Origin: Bacillales bacterium
Lineage (GTDB): Bacteria; Bacillota_I; Bacilli_A; RF39; UBA660
NCBI GenBank assembly: GCA_016282415.1
Contig: JAEEKO010000012.1
Coordinates: 1 to 40,386 of the forward strand
Direction: 5' to 3'
DNA length: 40,386 nucleotides
The position numbers were made by a program, and so were the translations under genes. Shown piece by piece: positions 27,913 through 35,754 of the stretch; the first letter of the stretch is position 1, and each line of letters begins with the position of its first letter. A model generated the notes under the pieces. That model was not told the DNA's origin, ran no database searches, and worked only from the letters and a program-made list of their open reading frames with translations.

Positions 27913-29490
27913 CTATAATTTAACAATACCGTTAATACCAATTGGTAAACCAATGATATAAACAATAATAATTAATACAATAAAGAATACAACGGTAAAT
28001 AAAACATATGGTAATTGATAACGAATTGCCTTAAAGATACCAATTGGTTTAGAATCTTGATTGTATTTTTGTAATAAAGCTAAATAGATAACAAAATATG
28101 CAAATAAAGGTGTTATTGATAATGAACACGCTTCCGCTGCTTTAATAATAAATTGAGTAAATTCTGGACTAATACCAGCGTTCATCATTACTGGCATAAC
28201 ACTACTTACTAATATTTGCCATCGCGTTGCTGAAACTGGAATTAAAATTGTGGATAATATACCAACTATAAACAATAATACTACTAACGGAATACCATTA
28301 AAGTTAATAATATCAAATAAATTAGCAGCTTTTGCAACAAATACAGAACCAATATTAGTATATTTAAAGAAACTAATAAAGGCTGATGCAAATAAAATTA
28401 ATACTAAGGTTTTACCAATACCATCTAATGAATGGCCTAAGTTATCACAAACATCATGATTATTTCTAATGGTCTTAGCGCCAATACCATATAATAAACC
28501 AGCAATAATAAATAATACTACTACAATAAACACAAACCCATTACTAAAGAATGAATTGTAACTAAATAGTTTATCAATATACAATGCTTGACTATCATCT
28601 AATAATCTTCCAGAGAAAGGAAGTCCTGGAATAATATTATATAAGAAGAAAATCAAATATAATCCACTACCAATTAAACTAAATCTTAATCCACGACGTT
28701 CATGAACATCAATAACTTTATCTTCTTCAACAATGTCAGCCATTGATTTATCAACTTCAGTTGGTTCATCATTTAATTCATACTTACCAAAGAATGGTGC
28801 AGTTACTCTTTCACCAATATTAGTAATAATAAAGGCCATAACAATTACTGCTACCATGCTTACAAATAAGAAACACCAAATACCTAATGTGTAATTAGGA
28901 TCCAAAATGTGTGCTCCCTCTAATGTAAGATTTAATAAAGCACTATCTTTTGCTGTAAATAATAAGTTAATACTACTACCAAAAGTTAATGCTGCAAAAG
29001 AAACGGTAATACCAGCAAGCGGATTTCTTTTACCATGTAAATATAATAATGCACTCAAAGGCATTAATATAATAAATGATAAATCACCCATAATACTTGA
29101 TAAAATACAAATTAAAACTAAGTAAAAAGTAACCGTATTTTTCTTAACATTACGAGTAAGAATCGTAAATACCGTTTTTAAGAATCCACTCTTTTCCATA
29201 ATACCAATACCAATTAAAGTAATAATCAACATTGATAATGGTGCAAAACTTACAAAGTTACTAACAGTATTACTAAAAATATATTTTAATCCTTCAATTG
29301 ATAATAATGATTCAACCGTTACTAAAGTATTAACAAATTCTTTTGAATTAGGATTTACTTTAATATAAGTTGCATCTAATCGTAACAGTGCAAATAAAAC
29401 ACTAATTGCCATCATAATAACAATCATGATGACATACGTCATTATCGGATTTAAATGGATTTTATCACGATTAATTTTCACTTTGATCAC
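27913..29490 (-). CDS. abgT: AbgT-family transporter (p-aminobenzoyl-glutamate / antimetabolite efflux family)
   Basis: 525 aa and polytopic. GIGIMEKSGFL and RRGLRFSLIG resemble AbgT/MtrF motifs. It uses a GTG start at 29490 or 29481 that overlaps the DUF951 gene end. Confidence 0.7.
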   Translation of the reverse strand: MIKVKINRDKIHLNPIMTYVIMIVIMMAISVLFALLRLDATYIKVNPNSKEFVNTLVTVESLLSIEGLKYIFSNTVSNFVSFAPLSMLIITLIGIGIMEKSGFLKTVFTILTRNVKKNTVTFYLVLICILSSIMGDLSFIILMPLSALLYLHGKRNPLAGITVSFAALTFGSSINLLFTAKDSALLNLTLEGAHILDPNYTLGIWCFLFVSMVAVIVMAFIITNIGERVTAPFFGKYELNDEPTEVDKSMADIVEEDKVIDVHERRGLRFSLIGSGLYLIFFLYNIIPGLPFSGRLLDDSQALYIDKLFSYNSFFSNGFVFIVVVLFIIAGLLYGIGAKTIRNNHDVCDNLGHSLDGIGKTLVLILFASAFISFFKYTNIGSVFVAKAANLFDIINFNGIPLVVLLFIVGILSTILIPVSATRWQILVSSVMPVMMNAGISPEFTQFIIKAAEACSLSITPLFAYFVIYLALLQKYNQDSKPIGIFKAIRYQLPYVLFTVVFFIVLIIIVYIIGLPIGINGIVKL

Positions 29491-29662
29491 CTATTATTCT
29501 TTTTAATTTCTTTTCAAATTCTAATCGATCAAGCATTACTTCATGCCCACAATTAACGCATTTAATCTTAATGTCTACCCCTACTCGTGTAATAACCCAA
29601 AGATTAGTACCACAAGCATGGTTCTTTTTCATGATTACTTGATCATTAATTTTATATTTCAT
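29471..29662 (-). CDS. DUF951-family small protein (YyzM-like)
   Basis: 63 aa. The sequence MKKNHACGTNLWVITRVGVDIKIKCVNCGHEVMLDRLEFEKKLK fits the family. Its position between parB and ychF matches other Firmicutes. Confidence 0.8.
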   Translation of the reverse strand: MKYKINDQVIMKKNHACGTNLWVITRVGVDIKIKCVNCGHEVMLDRLEFEKKLKRIIGDQSEN

Positions 29663-29671
29663 AAAACCATC

Positions 29672-30562
29672 CTAGTCATCAATTTTAACGTTTAATATGT
29701 CTAAAATACGTTCTAAGTCTTTTTCAGAATCAAAAGGAATTTCAACTTTACGATTTGAAATCTTAACTTTAGTTCCAACTAATTCACGCATCGTATTTTC
29801 ATAAATTTGATAGCGAGGATTAATAACAGCTTTAGTACGAATAATTGGATTATTCTTTTTAACTTCACTATTACCACTAACAATTTCCTCAATTTCACGA
29901 ACACTTAATTTTTCCTTAATAATACGTTCCGCTAATTCAGAAATTTTTTCTTTATCCTCAATCTTACTTAATACACGGGCATGACCCATAGAAATACTAC
30001 CATTTTCAACGTATTTTTTTACTGTTTCTGGTAATCTTAATAAACCTAAAAGATTGGTAATATAACTTCTGCTTTTACCAAATTTTTTAGATACTTCTTC
30101 TTGGGTTAAACCTAATTTCATAATAATAGCTTGGTATCCCTTAGCTTCATCAATTGGGTTTAAATCTTCACGTTGAATATTTTCAATTAAAGCAATCTCC
30201 ATCATTTGTTCATCATTAAATTCACGAATAATTGCTGGAATTGTTTTTAATCCGGCGATACGAGCTGCCTTTGTTCTTCTTTCACCAGCAATTAGTTCAT
30301 AACCATTAATACTTTTTTTAATAATAATTGGTTCAACAACACCATGTTCTTTAATAGATGCTGCTAACTCATTTAATGATTCTTCATTAAAAGTTTTACG
30401 AGGTTGATATGGATTACTACGAATTTCATCTAAGTTAATTTCCTTAATGTCATTCTTGCTTGCATTACGAACGATATCTTTTTCAAAGTTATCAAAATTA
30501 ATATGTTCATTTGTAAATAATTGTTCTAAGCCTTTACCTAATGCTTTTCTCTTAGTTTCCAT
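29672..30562 (-). CDS. parB: Chromosome partitioning protein ParB/Spo0J
   Basis: It has the N-terminal KALGKGLEQLF, the ParB box GERRTKAARIAGL and the HTH segment QEEVSKKFGKSRSYITNLLGLLRL. Confidence 0.95.
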   Translation of the reverse strand: METKRKALGKGLEQLFTNEHINFDNFEKDIVRNASKNDIKEINLDEIRSNPYQPRKTFNEESLNELAASIKEHGVVEPIIIKKSINGYELIAGERRTKAARIAGLKTIPAIIREFNDEQMMEIALIENIQREDLNPIDEAKGYQAIIMKLGLTQEEVSKKFGKSRSYITNLLGLLRLPETVKKYVENGSISMGHARVLSKIEDKEKISELAERIIKEKLSVREIEEIVSGNSEVKKNNPIIRTKAVINPRYQIYENTMRELVGTKVKISNRKVEIPFDSEKDLERILDILNVKIDD

Positions 30563-31337
30563 CTCTCTTAATCACTTCCTTTGCTAAATTATTATAAGCT
30601 TCTGTAGCTCTACTTTCAGGATCATAATAACAAATTGGTTTACCATGACTTGGAGCTTCTACTAATCTTACTAAGCGAGGAATAATGGTGTTAAATACTT
30701 TGTTCTTAAAGTAACTTTTTATTTCTTCAATTACTTCAAGTCCAATATTAGTACGACCGTCTAACATTGTTAATAGTACTCCTTCAATTTGTAATTTAGG
30801 ATTAATATCACTTTGAACCATCATAATTGTTACCAGTAATTGAGTAATACCTTCAAGAGCATAATACTCACATTGTACTGGAATAATTACCGAATCACTA
30901 GCAACTAATGCATTCATGGTAGAAATACCTAATGATGGTTGGCAGTCAATAATTATATAATCATAATAATCTCTTACTTCTGCTAATTTATTTTTTAATT
31001 GTTCATTTTGACGGAAAGTATTATCATCTAGCATCTTCTTAACGAATTCCACATCGATACCAGCTAGATTGATAGTTGACGGAATCATATCTAAATTATC
31101 AAATGGCGTTTTAATGATTGCTTCATTAATCGAAATGTCACGAGTAATAAGATCATAAACATCATGAACGATTTGCGTATTAGTAACACCCAATCCAGTT
31201 GTAGCATTGCCTTGACTATCTAAATCGATAAGTAACGTTTTTTTACCTAATTTACCTAAAGCAGCTGCTAAATTAATACTAGATGTTGTTTTACCAACAC
31301 CACCTTTTTGATTAACTAAAGATATAATTTTTGCCAT
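30552..31337 (-). CDS. parA: Chromosome partitioning ATPase ParA/Soj
   Basis: It has the deviant Walker A NQKGGVGKTT and is 261 aa. It overlaps parB by 11 nt. Confidence 0.95.
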   Translation of the reverse strand: MAKIISLVNQKGGVGKTTSSINLAAALGKLGKKTLLIDLDSQGNATTGLGVTNTQIVHDVYDLITRDISINEAIIKTPFDNLDMIPSTINLAGIDVEFVKKMLDDNTFRQNEQLKNKLAEVRDYYDYIIIDCQPSLGISTMNALVASDSVIIPVQCEYYALEGITQLLVTIMMVQSDINPKLQIEGVLLTMLDGRTNIGLEVIEEIKSYFKNKVFNTIIPRLVRLVEAPSHGKPICYYDPESRATEAYNNLAKEVIKRDGN

Positions 31338-31394
31338 AACTTCACGTCCATTCCGTTCACTTATCTATTTTAACACATAGATATTTTTTTGTCT

Positions 31395-32144
31395 TTATAA
31401 AATTAATATAATCATTCCAATAACAACAGTAATTAATACTGATAAGAAATTGACTGTGCTATTGTCAATAAATAAGAAGCCACTAATCTTCTTTGTTTTA
31501 CGATTACAATGTCTTTTTTCTTCAACAATTTTTTTACATTTAGAACATTGGTATTTGTTTTGAACAAAGGCACCTAAAACACTATCAATAAAGGCACCAA
31601 CAACACCTAAAACCGTTATTAATACAAAGTGGAAAAAGTTAGGATTAATAAGTTCATAGTAAGTAAATGATATTATTAATGCCCCAAATAATGATGCTAG
31701 AATACCTAAGACACTAACATCTCCACTTAATTCATTCTCATCACGTTTAAGATTTCTTAAACATATATGATATTTAGCATGTTTACCAATAGTACTTGAT
31801 AAGGTGTCTGCTAAACATTCAGCAAATCCTGCTGATGCTAAAATAATTAAAATATCATTTTTATAATACGCATACAATAAAACACATACATATGGAATCA
31901 AGGTATTAGAAAGAATTTGAATTTCATTTCTTTGATCATCGCTTTGATCATCAGTAATAATACTAAAGATTTTATCAACAATGTAAAAAAGGAAAATCAT
32001 CAAAAACATTGGTATACCACCATAATACGCTAAACCAAAGGTAATAATACCACCGGTAATAATACCGCGAGGAGTAATTGATTTTCTAACATATGTTATA
32101 AACATAAAAATTAAAGTTAAACTTAAACAAATAAATAATTTCAT
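31395..32144 (-). CDS. DUF92 (TMEM19/VTE6-like) integral membrane protein
   Basis: Motifs are ADTLSSTIGKH, GDVSVLGILASLFGA and IDSVLGAFVQNKYQCSKCKK...RHC (a zinc-ribbon insert), followed by IDNSTVNF. Confidence 0.7.
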   Translation of the reverse strand: MKLFICLSLTLIFMFITYVRKSITPRGIITGGIITFGLAYYGGIPMFLMIFLFYIVDKIFSIITDDQSDDQRNEIQILSNTLIPYVCVLLYAYYKNDILIILASAGFAECLADTLSSTIGKHAKYHICLRNLKRDENELSGDVSVLGILASLFGALIISFTYYELINPNFFHFVLITVLGVVGAFIDSVLGAFVQNKYQCSKCKKIVEEKRHCNRKTKKISGFLFIDNSTVNFLSVLITVVIGMIILIL

Positions 32145-32146
32145 AA

Positions 32147-32767
32147 TTAATAAAACAGGATATACACTAGCATCGATGTTCCTAATGGAAGCAGAATATT
32201 ATCCAACCCTTTCTTAGAATATAATTCAATAAATGTTGCAAACAATGCTGTTAATAAAACATACACATAACTTGGACTTTTAAGAGTTATTAGCAAAAGT
32301 ACAAGTGCAACAGTAAATATTGTAAAACTCCCTGAAAGTGTCTTGTCATTAACTATTGGTTTAGTTTTAATAATACTAGCAGCAACTGGTGCTAAACCAT
32401 CACCAAGTGCCATTAAGAAGAAACCAATAAAATAAGCATCTTGAAAGCTATGAAGGAAATATGTAATTAATGCCATTACTGTCATACTAATTGCATAATA
32501 AATAGTTCCTAAAGTATTGTTCTCTTTTCGTTCCATTCCTTTAAATATTTTAAATTTATATGATAAAAAATTTATTAATATAAAGGTTGCCGGAATAATT
32601 ATACTATGAATACTAAACTTTAAATAATGATTAATAATAAAATAAGCAAATGCTACAAAAATATGAATGAACTTACGACTATATTCTTCTTTTTTTAACA
32701 AACGACTAATAATGATGATTAAAAAAATATATAAATAAGTAAACAAATAACCTTGTAATATATCCAT
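32147..32767 (-). CDS. Polyprenol/dolichol/phytol kinase-family (CTP-dependent) membrane protein
   Basis: Motifs are RKFIHIF, ALGDGLAPVAAS and KTLSGSF. 206 aa with about six TM segments. The extended -10 is TGGTAAAAT and the RBS is GGTGG. Confidence 0.7.
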   Translation of the reverse strand: MDILQGYLFTYLYIFLIIIISRLLKKEEYSRKFIHIFVAFAYFIINHYLKFSIHSIIIPATFILINFLSYKFKIFKGMERKENNTLGTIYYAISMTVMALITYFLHSFQDAYFIGFFLMALGDGLAPVAASIIKTKPIVNDKTLSGSFTIFTVALVLLLITLKSPSYVYVLLTALFATFIELYSKKGLDNILLPLGTSMLVYILFY

Positions 32768-32790
32768 AGTACCACCATTATCATTTTACC

Positions 32791-32830
32791 AAAAAAAAGA
32801 TAATTATAAAAGTAGAATTATAATTATCTT
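32791..32830 (-). terminator. Rho-independent terminator after the 32856..34190 gene
   Basis: The minus strand reads AAGATAATTATAA-TTCTACTT-TTATAATTATCTT (13-bp stem) followed by TTTTTT. Confidence 0.8.
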
Positions 32831-32855
32831 TTAAAAATTTTTGTTTTTTTATTTA

Positions 32856-34190
32856 CTAAATTTTATATAATCTGTTTTTCTTTTTAATTACAACAATTGA
32901 TACCATTATTGATACTAATAATGCGCTTGTTACAACTAATGAAATAAACATACCAGTATTTGGATTTTTAATATCTTCAGTAGCAGCAGGTGTTTCTTCT
33001 ACATCACTTGCAGGTGTTGCAGAAGTATTAGATAAATAAGCTGTTAACGAACCATCTTCATTCTTGTCATATTTAATAAAGTATCCTTCAGGAATAGTTA
33101 CATCTTCAGCATGAAATCCTGTTCCTTCACTTGCTTTTCTGATAATTTCACCTTTTTGAATAATCGTTCCATCATAAAACTCTAATAAATCATCGTAATA
33201 ACCTGATCCAATTGTTCCTTTAGGAATATTAATTAAAGGAGAATCCTTTGTAACAGTTCCATCATTTTTACCAATGATTAATTTATTATTAGAATAAACA
33301 AATATTCCTTTACTATTTGGTGCATTAATTGTACCACCATAAATAGCAACGCCGCCAGATGTTCCTTCAGCAAAATTGTCTGGATTTTCAGATACAGATG
33401 TAAATGATGCAATAACATCTTCTGTTGAATTAGAATTAATAGTTCCTCCGTTAAATTCAATTAATGATGTACCACCAATTGAATTAACAAATGCATAATA
33501 ATAAGGATTAAATGTACCATCATTAACTATTATTTTACTTAGACTAGTTAATGAAGATGTACCACCAATTCCAACTGCATATGTTGTATTTTCAAACATA
33601 TTTTTAGCTTTTTCAGTAGTTGTAAATGTTCCTCCATTAACTGTTAATGTTCCTGAATTACCAAATAAATAATTATGATGACCATCTTCAGTAAATGTTC
33701 CTCCATTAACTACCATGGTTCCACCCTTATTAGCAAACGCGGAAACATATATACCAGAATTAATAGTTACTGTTTTTCCTGCATTATTTACTATTTCAAA
33801 TCCTAATCCAGTTCCAGCTAATACTTCAACATCGTTAAAAATTGCTGTACCATCATTTAAGAAACTTGAACCCCAAGAAGTATTATTTACTAACTTACCA
33901 TTTTTAATAGTTACCGTACCATTATTTGTTGTTCTACCTGATAATGTATGTTCATTTAAGTTAATAACAATATTTTTGTCTTCTGGAATATCCATATGTG
34001 CCATATATTCTGTTATAGTATAATCAGCTTGTAATACAATTTCTGCTCCTTCAGTTGTTGCGGCAGTAATAGCTGCTTCTAATGTTTCGTATTCGTTATC
34101 ACCAATTTTAGCAACTGTTTCAGCTGATACAAAAACTGGTAAAGCAATTGCAAGCACCAATAAGTATTTTAAATTTTTAATCAGTTTCAT
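32856..34190 (-). CDS. Surface protein with a parallel beta-helix-like NGGT repeat region and a C-terminal NPNTG sorting-signal-like anchor
   Basis: I trimmed the ORF to the ATG at 34190 (MKLIKNLKYLLVLAIALPVFVSAE), which gives a signal peptide. Repeats include VVNGGTFTEDG, TVNGGTFTTTE, IVNDGTFNP, EFNGGTINS and IYGGTINAP. The C-terminus is KNPNTG, 22 hydrophobic residues, then KKKNRLYKI. Confidence 0.8.
   Translation of the reverse strand: MKLIKNLKYLLVLAIALPVFVSAETVAKIGDNEYETLEAAITAATTEGAEIVLQADYTITEYMAHMDIPEDKNIVINLNEHTLSGRTTNNGTVTIKNGKLVNNTSWGSSFLNDGTAIFNDVEVLAGTGLGFEIVNNAGKTVTINSGIYVSAFANKGGTMVVNGGTFTEDGHHNYLFGNSGTLTVNGGTFTTTEKAKNMFENTTYAVGIGGTSSLTSLSKIIVNDGTFNPYYYAFVNSIGGTSLIEFNGGTINSNSTEDVIASFTSVSENPDNFAEGTSGGVAIYGGTINAPNSKGIFVYSNNKLIIGKNDGTVTKDSPLINIPKGTIGSGYYDDLLEFYDGTIIQKGEIIRKASEGTGFHAEDVTIPEGYFIKYDKNEDGSLTAYLSNTSATPASDVEETPAATEDIKNPNTGMFISLVVTSALLVSIMVSIVVIKKKNRLYKI
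32857..32978. repeat. Direct repeat copy A (122 bp, 3 mismatches against copy B)
   Basis: I aligned it base by base with 34292..34413 (offset 1435). The mismatches are at 32872, 32874 and 32972. It encodes the shared C-terminal NPNTG-TM-basic tail. Confidence 0.95.
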
Positions 34191-34263
34191 TAAATCCCTA
34201 CTCTCTATGATAAGAATACCATAAATGAAATAAAAATGGCAAGTTTTTTTATTTATATATAAA

Positions 34264-34290
34264 TTTAAAAAGATAATCATTTGATTATCT
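34264..34290 (-). terminator. Rho-independent terminator after the 34291..35658 gene
   Basis: The minus strand reads AGATAATCA-AA-TGATTATCT followed by TTTTAAATTT. Confidence 0.65.
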
Positions 34291-35658
34291 TTAAATTTTA
34301 TATAATTTATTTTTCTTTTTAATTACAACAATTGATACCATTATTGATACTAATAATGCGCTTGTTACAACTAATGAAATAAACATACCAGTATTTGGAT
34401 TTTTAACATCTTCTTCAGTTGATGTAGGAGTTTCTTCACTAACACCATCAGCTGGAGTTGTAGCAGGGGTATTATCAGGTGTTGTATCAGGAGTAGTATC
34501 AGGCGTTGTAGTAGCTTCTGCTAAGGCATATGACATTATGAATCCGTCATATCCACCCATATTATTTTGTCCATTTAAACTTGTTTGTGTTTCTCCAACA
34601 AAATAATAATTATTATTTAATGGACTTACCGCAAAATCGGTGATTCCAAATTTATTACTATTATGTTTAAATTCTTTTTGACTGATTAAATTTAAATCGC
34701 TATCAAGTACATTAATATATGAACTTGTAGGTATAGTTGGTCTTGTTATAAAATTTAAGATGTTGCTATCACTTAAAACCATAGATTCCATGTTATGCGC
34801 ACCAAAACCAACATTATATTCTTTAACAATTTCAAATGCTGAGTTTAATTTATATAATTTAGAATTACTTAAGCTTGATATTACTGAAACAATGTAGCCA
34901 TCTGTAATTTTTTCAATATCATAAGTTCCAACAGAAGGTACATCAGTATCGATGGTACTAGCAGTTGTTCCATCATTCTTATTTACAAAATAGAATACTG
35001 CTTTGCTAGAAGCATGACCACCAAATAAATAGTAATTATCAGTTTCAACGAATGAATTAACATTCGTAAGTTCAACAGTATAGCTAACATTGCCGTCTAA
35101 ATCAATTTTGTGGATTTCATTAGACATTGCATAATTCATTACTAATATATGATTGTCTGTAGTTTTGATTATTTCTAAGTGACTTTTTTCTCCTTCATTA
35201 CCAACGCCTTGACCAGTTAAGCCCATTCCTTGGCTCCAAACTTTTTCACCAGCAGTTGTTACTTTAGCACAAAACGCTCCAGAATGTGACCCACATACAA
35301 TAAAGTTAGTGTCATCTAATACTAATACTTGCGATAAAGTTGTTGCGCCTGGATTAGCACTATAAGCAATGTCATCATATCTATATTCATGAATTAAAGT
35401 ATTATCTTTATCATAAATAGCAATAACTCCCATGTTCACAGGTTCATCTAAATTAGTAATACCACGATATGTAGATTTAGTATTACCAACAACAACATAA
35501 GATCCATCACTAAAGAAATCAATATCGTTTAACACATCGTCTTCAGAACCGCCATATAAAGTTCCTACTTTTGTATCAAAATATTTTTCAGCATTAACCA
35601 TAATAGGCATCACTAGTATTGCCATTAACATTACAGCTAAAAATTTAAGTCTCTTCAT
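34291..35658 (-). CDS. Surface protein with a beta-propeller-like (SBBP-like) region, a Thr/Pro linker and a C-terminal NPNTG sorting-signal-like anchor
   Basis: The signal peptide is MKRLKFLAVMLMAILVMPIMVNAE. YGGSEDDVLNDIDFFSDGSYVVVGNTKS resembles SBBP propeller repeats. The linker is TTTPDTTPDTTPDNTPATTP. The last 37 aa are identical, except for one residue, to those of the downstream paralog. Confidence 0.8.
   Translation of the reverse strand: MKRLKFLAVMLMAILVMPIMVNAEKYFDTKVGTLYGGSEDDVLNDIDFFSDGSYVVVGNTKSTYRGITNLDEPVNMGVIAIYDKDNTLIHEYRYDDIAYSANPGATTLSQVLVLDDTNFIVCGSHSGAFCAKVTTAGEKVWSQGMGLTGQGVGNEGEKSHLEIIKTTDNHILVMNYAMSNEIHKIDLDGNVSYTVELTNVNSFVETDNYYLFGGHASSKAVFYFVNKNDGTTASTIDTDVPSVGTYDIEKITDGYIVSVISSLSNSKLYKLNSAFEIVKEYNVGFGAHNMESMVLSDSNILNFITRPTIPTSSYINVLDSDLNLISQKEFKHNSNKFGITDFAVSPLNNNYYFVGETQTSLNGQNNMGGYDGFIMSYALAEATTTPDTTPDTTPDNTPATTPADGVSEETPTSTEEDVKNPNTGMFISLVVTSALLVSIMVSIVVIKKKNKLYKI
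34292..34413. repeat. Direct repeat copy B (122 bp)
   Basis: See copy A at 32857..32978. Confidence 0.95.
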
Positions 35659-35682
35659 TTACTTCCCTACTCTCTACTTTAA

Positions 35683-35711
35683 AGTATACCTCATTATTAG
35701 TATTGACTCAA
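35683..35711 (-). promoter_or_regulatory. SigA-type promoter for the 34291..35658 gene
   Basis: The minus strand reads TTGAGT, a 17-nt spacer, then TATACT. The paralog downstream has an analogous TTGCCA / TATTCT pair, and both share the 5' UTR core AGAGAGTAGGGA. Confidence 0.5.
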
Positions 35712-35726
35712 TCATTTTTTCTATTC

Positions 35727-35754
35727 AAATAAAAAATAGCATGTTAATGCTATT
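35727..35754 (-). terminator. Rho-independent terminator after the 385-aa gene
   Basis: The minus strand reads AATAGCAT-TAAC-ATGCTATT followed by TTTTATTTG. It overlaps the TAA stop. Confidence 0.8.

Noticed and set aside
28249-28257. Perfect DnaA box TGTGGATAA inside the AbgT-like gene
   Set aside because: It is a single isolated 9-mer within coding sequence. There is no cluster and no AT-rich unwinding element, so chance explains it.
29672-31394. parS site expected in or near parB
   Set aside because: I scanned for the CACGTG core with TGTT/AACA arms. Only poor matches turned up, for example AATTTCACGAACAC at about 29890 and GGACGTGAAG at about 31340, each with more than 4 mismatches. A proper matrix scan is needed, so I make no call.
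33715-34023. 102-aa plus-strand ORF antisense to the beta-helix surface-protein gene
   Set aside because: It lies entirely inside a well-supported minus-strand CDS that has a signal peptide and repeats. The sense strand is rich in GGT, ACT and AAT codons, which removes stop codons from the antisense frame. It has no RBS and a low-complexity product.
34191-34280. 30-codon N-terminal extension (MIIFLNLYINKKTCHFYF...) of the 32856..34280 ORF
   Set aside because: The extension runs through the terminator and promoter region of the upstream gene. The internal ATG at 34190 is preceded by GTAGGGA, gives a canonical signal peptide, and parallels the start context of the paralog.
34444-34515. TTPD-encoding 12-nt tandem units as a phase-variable simple sequence repeat
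   Set aside because: There are only about three imperfect units with synonymous differences. It is more consistent with a Thr/Pro-rich stalk linker than with a slippage-prone tract.
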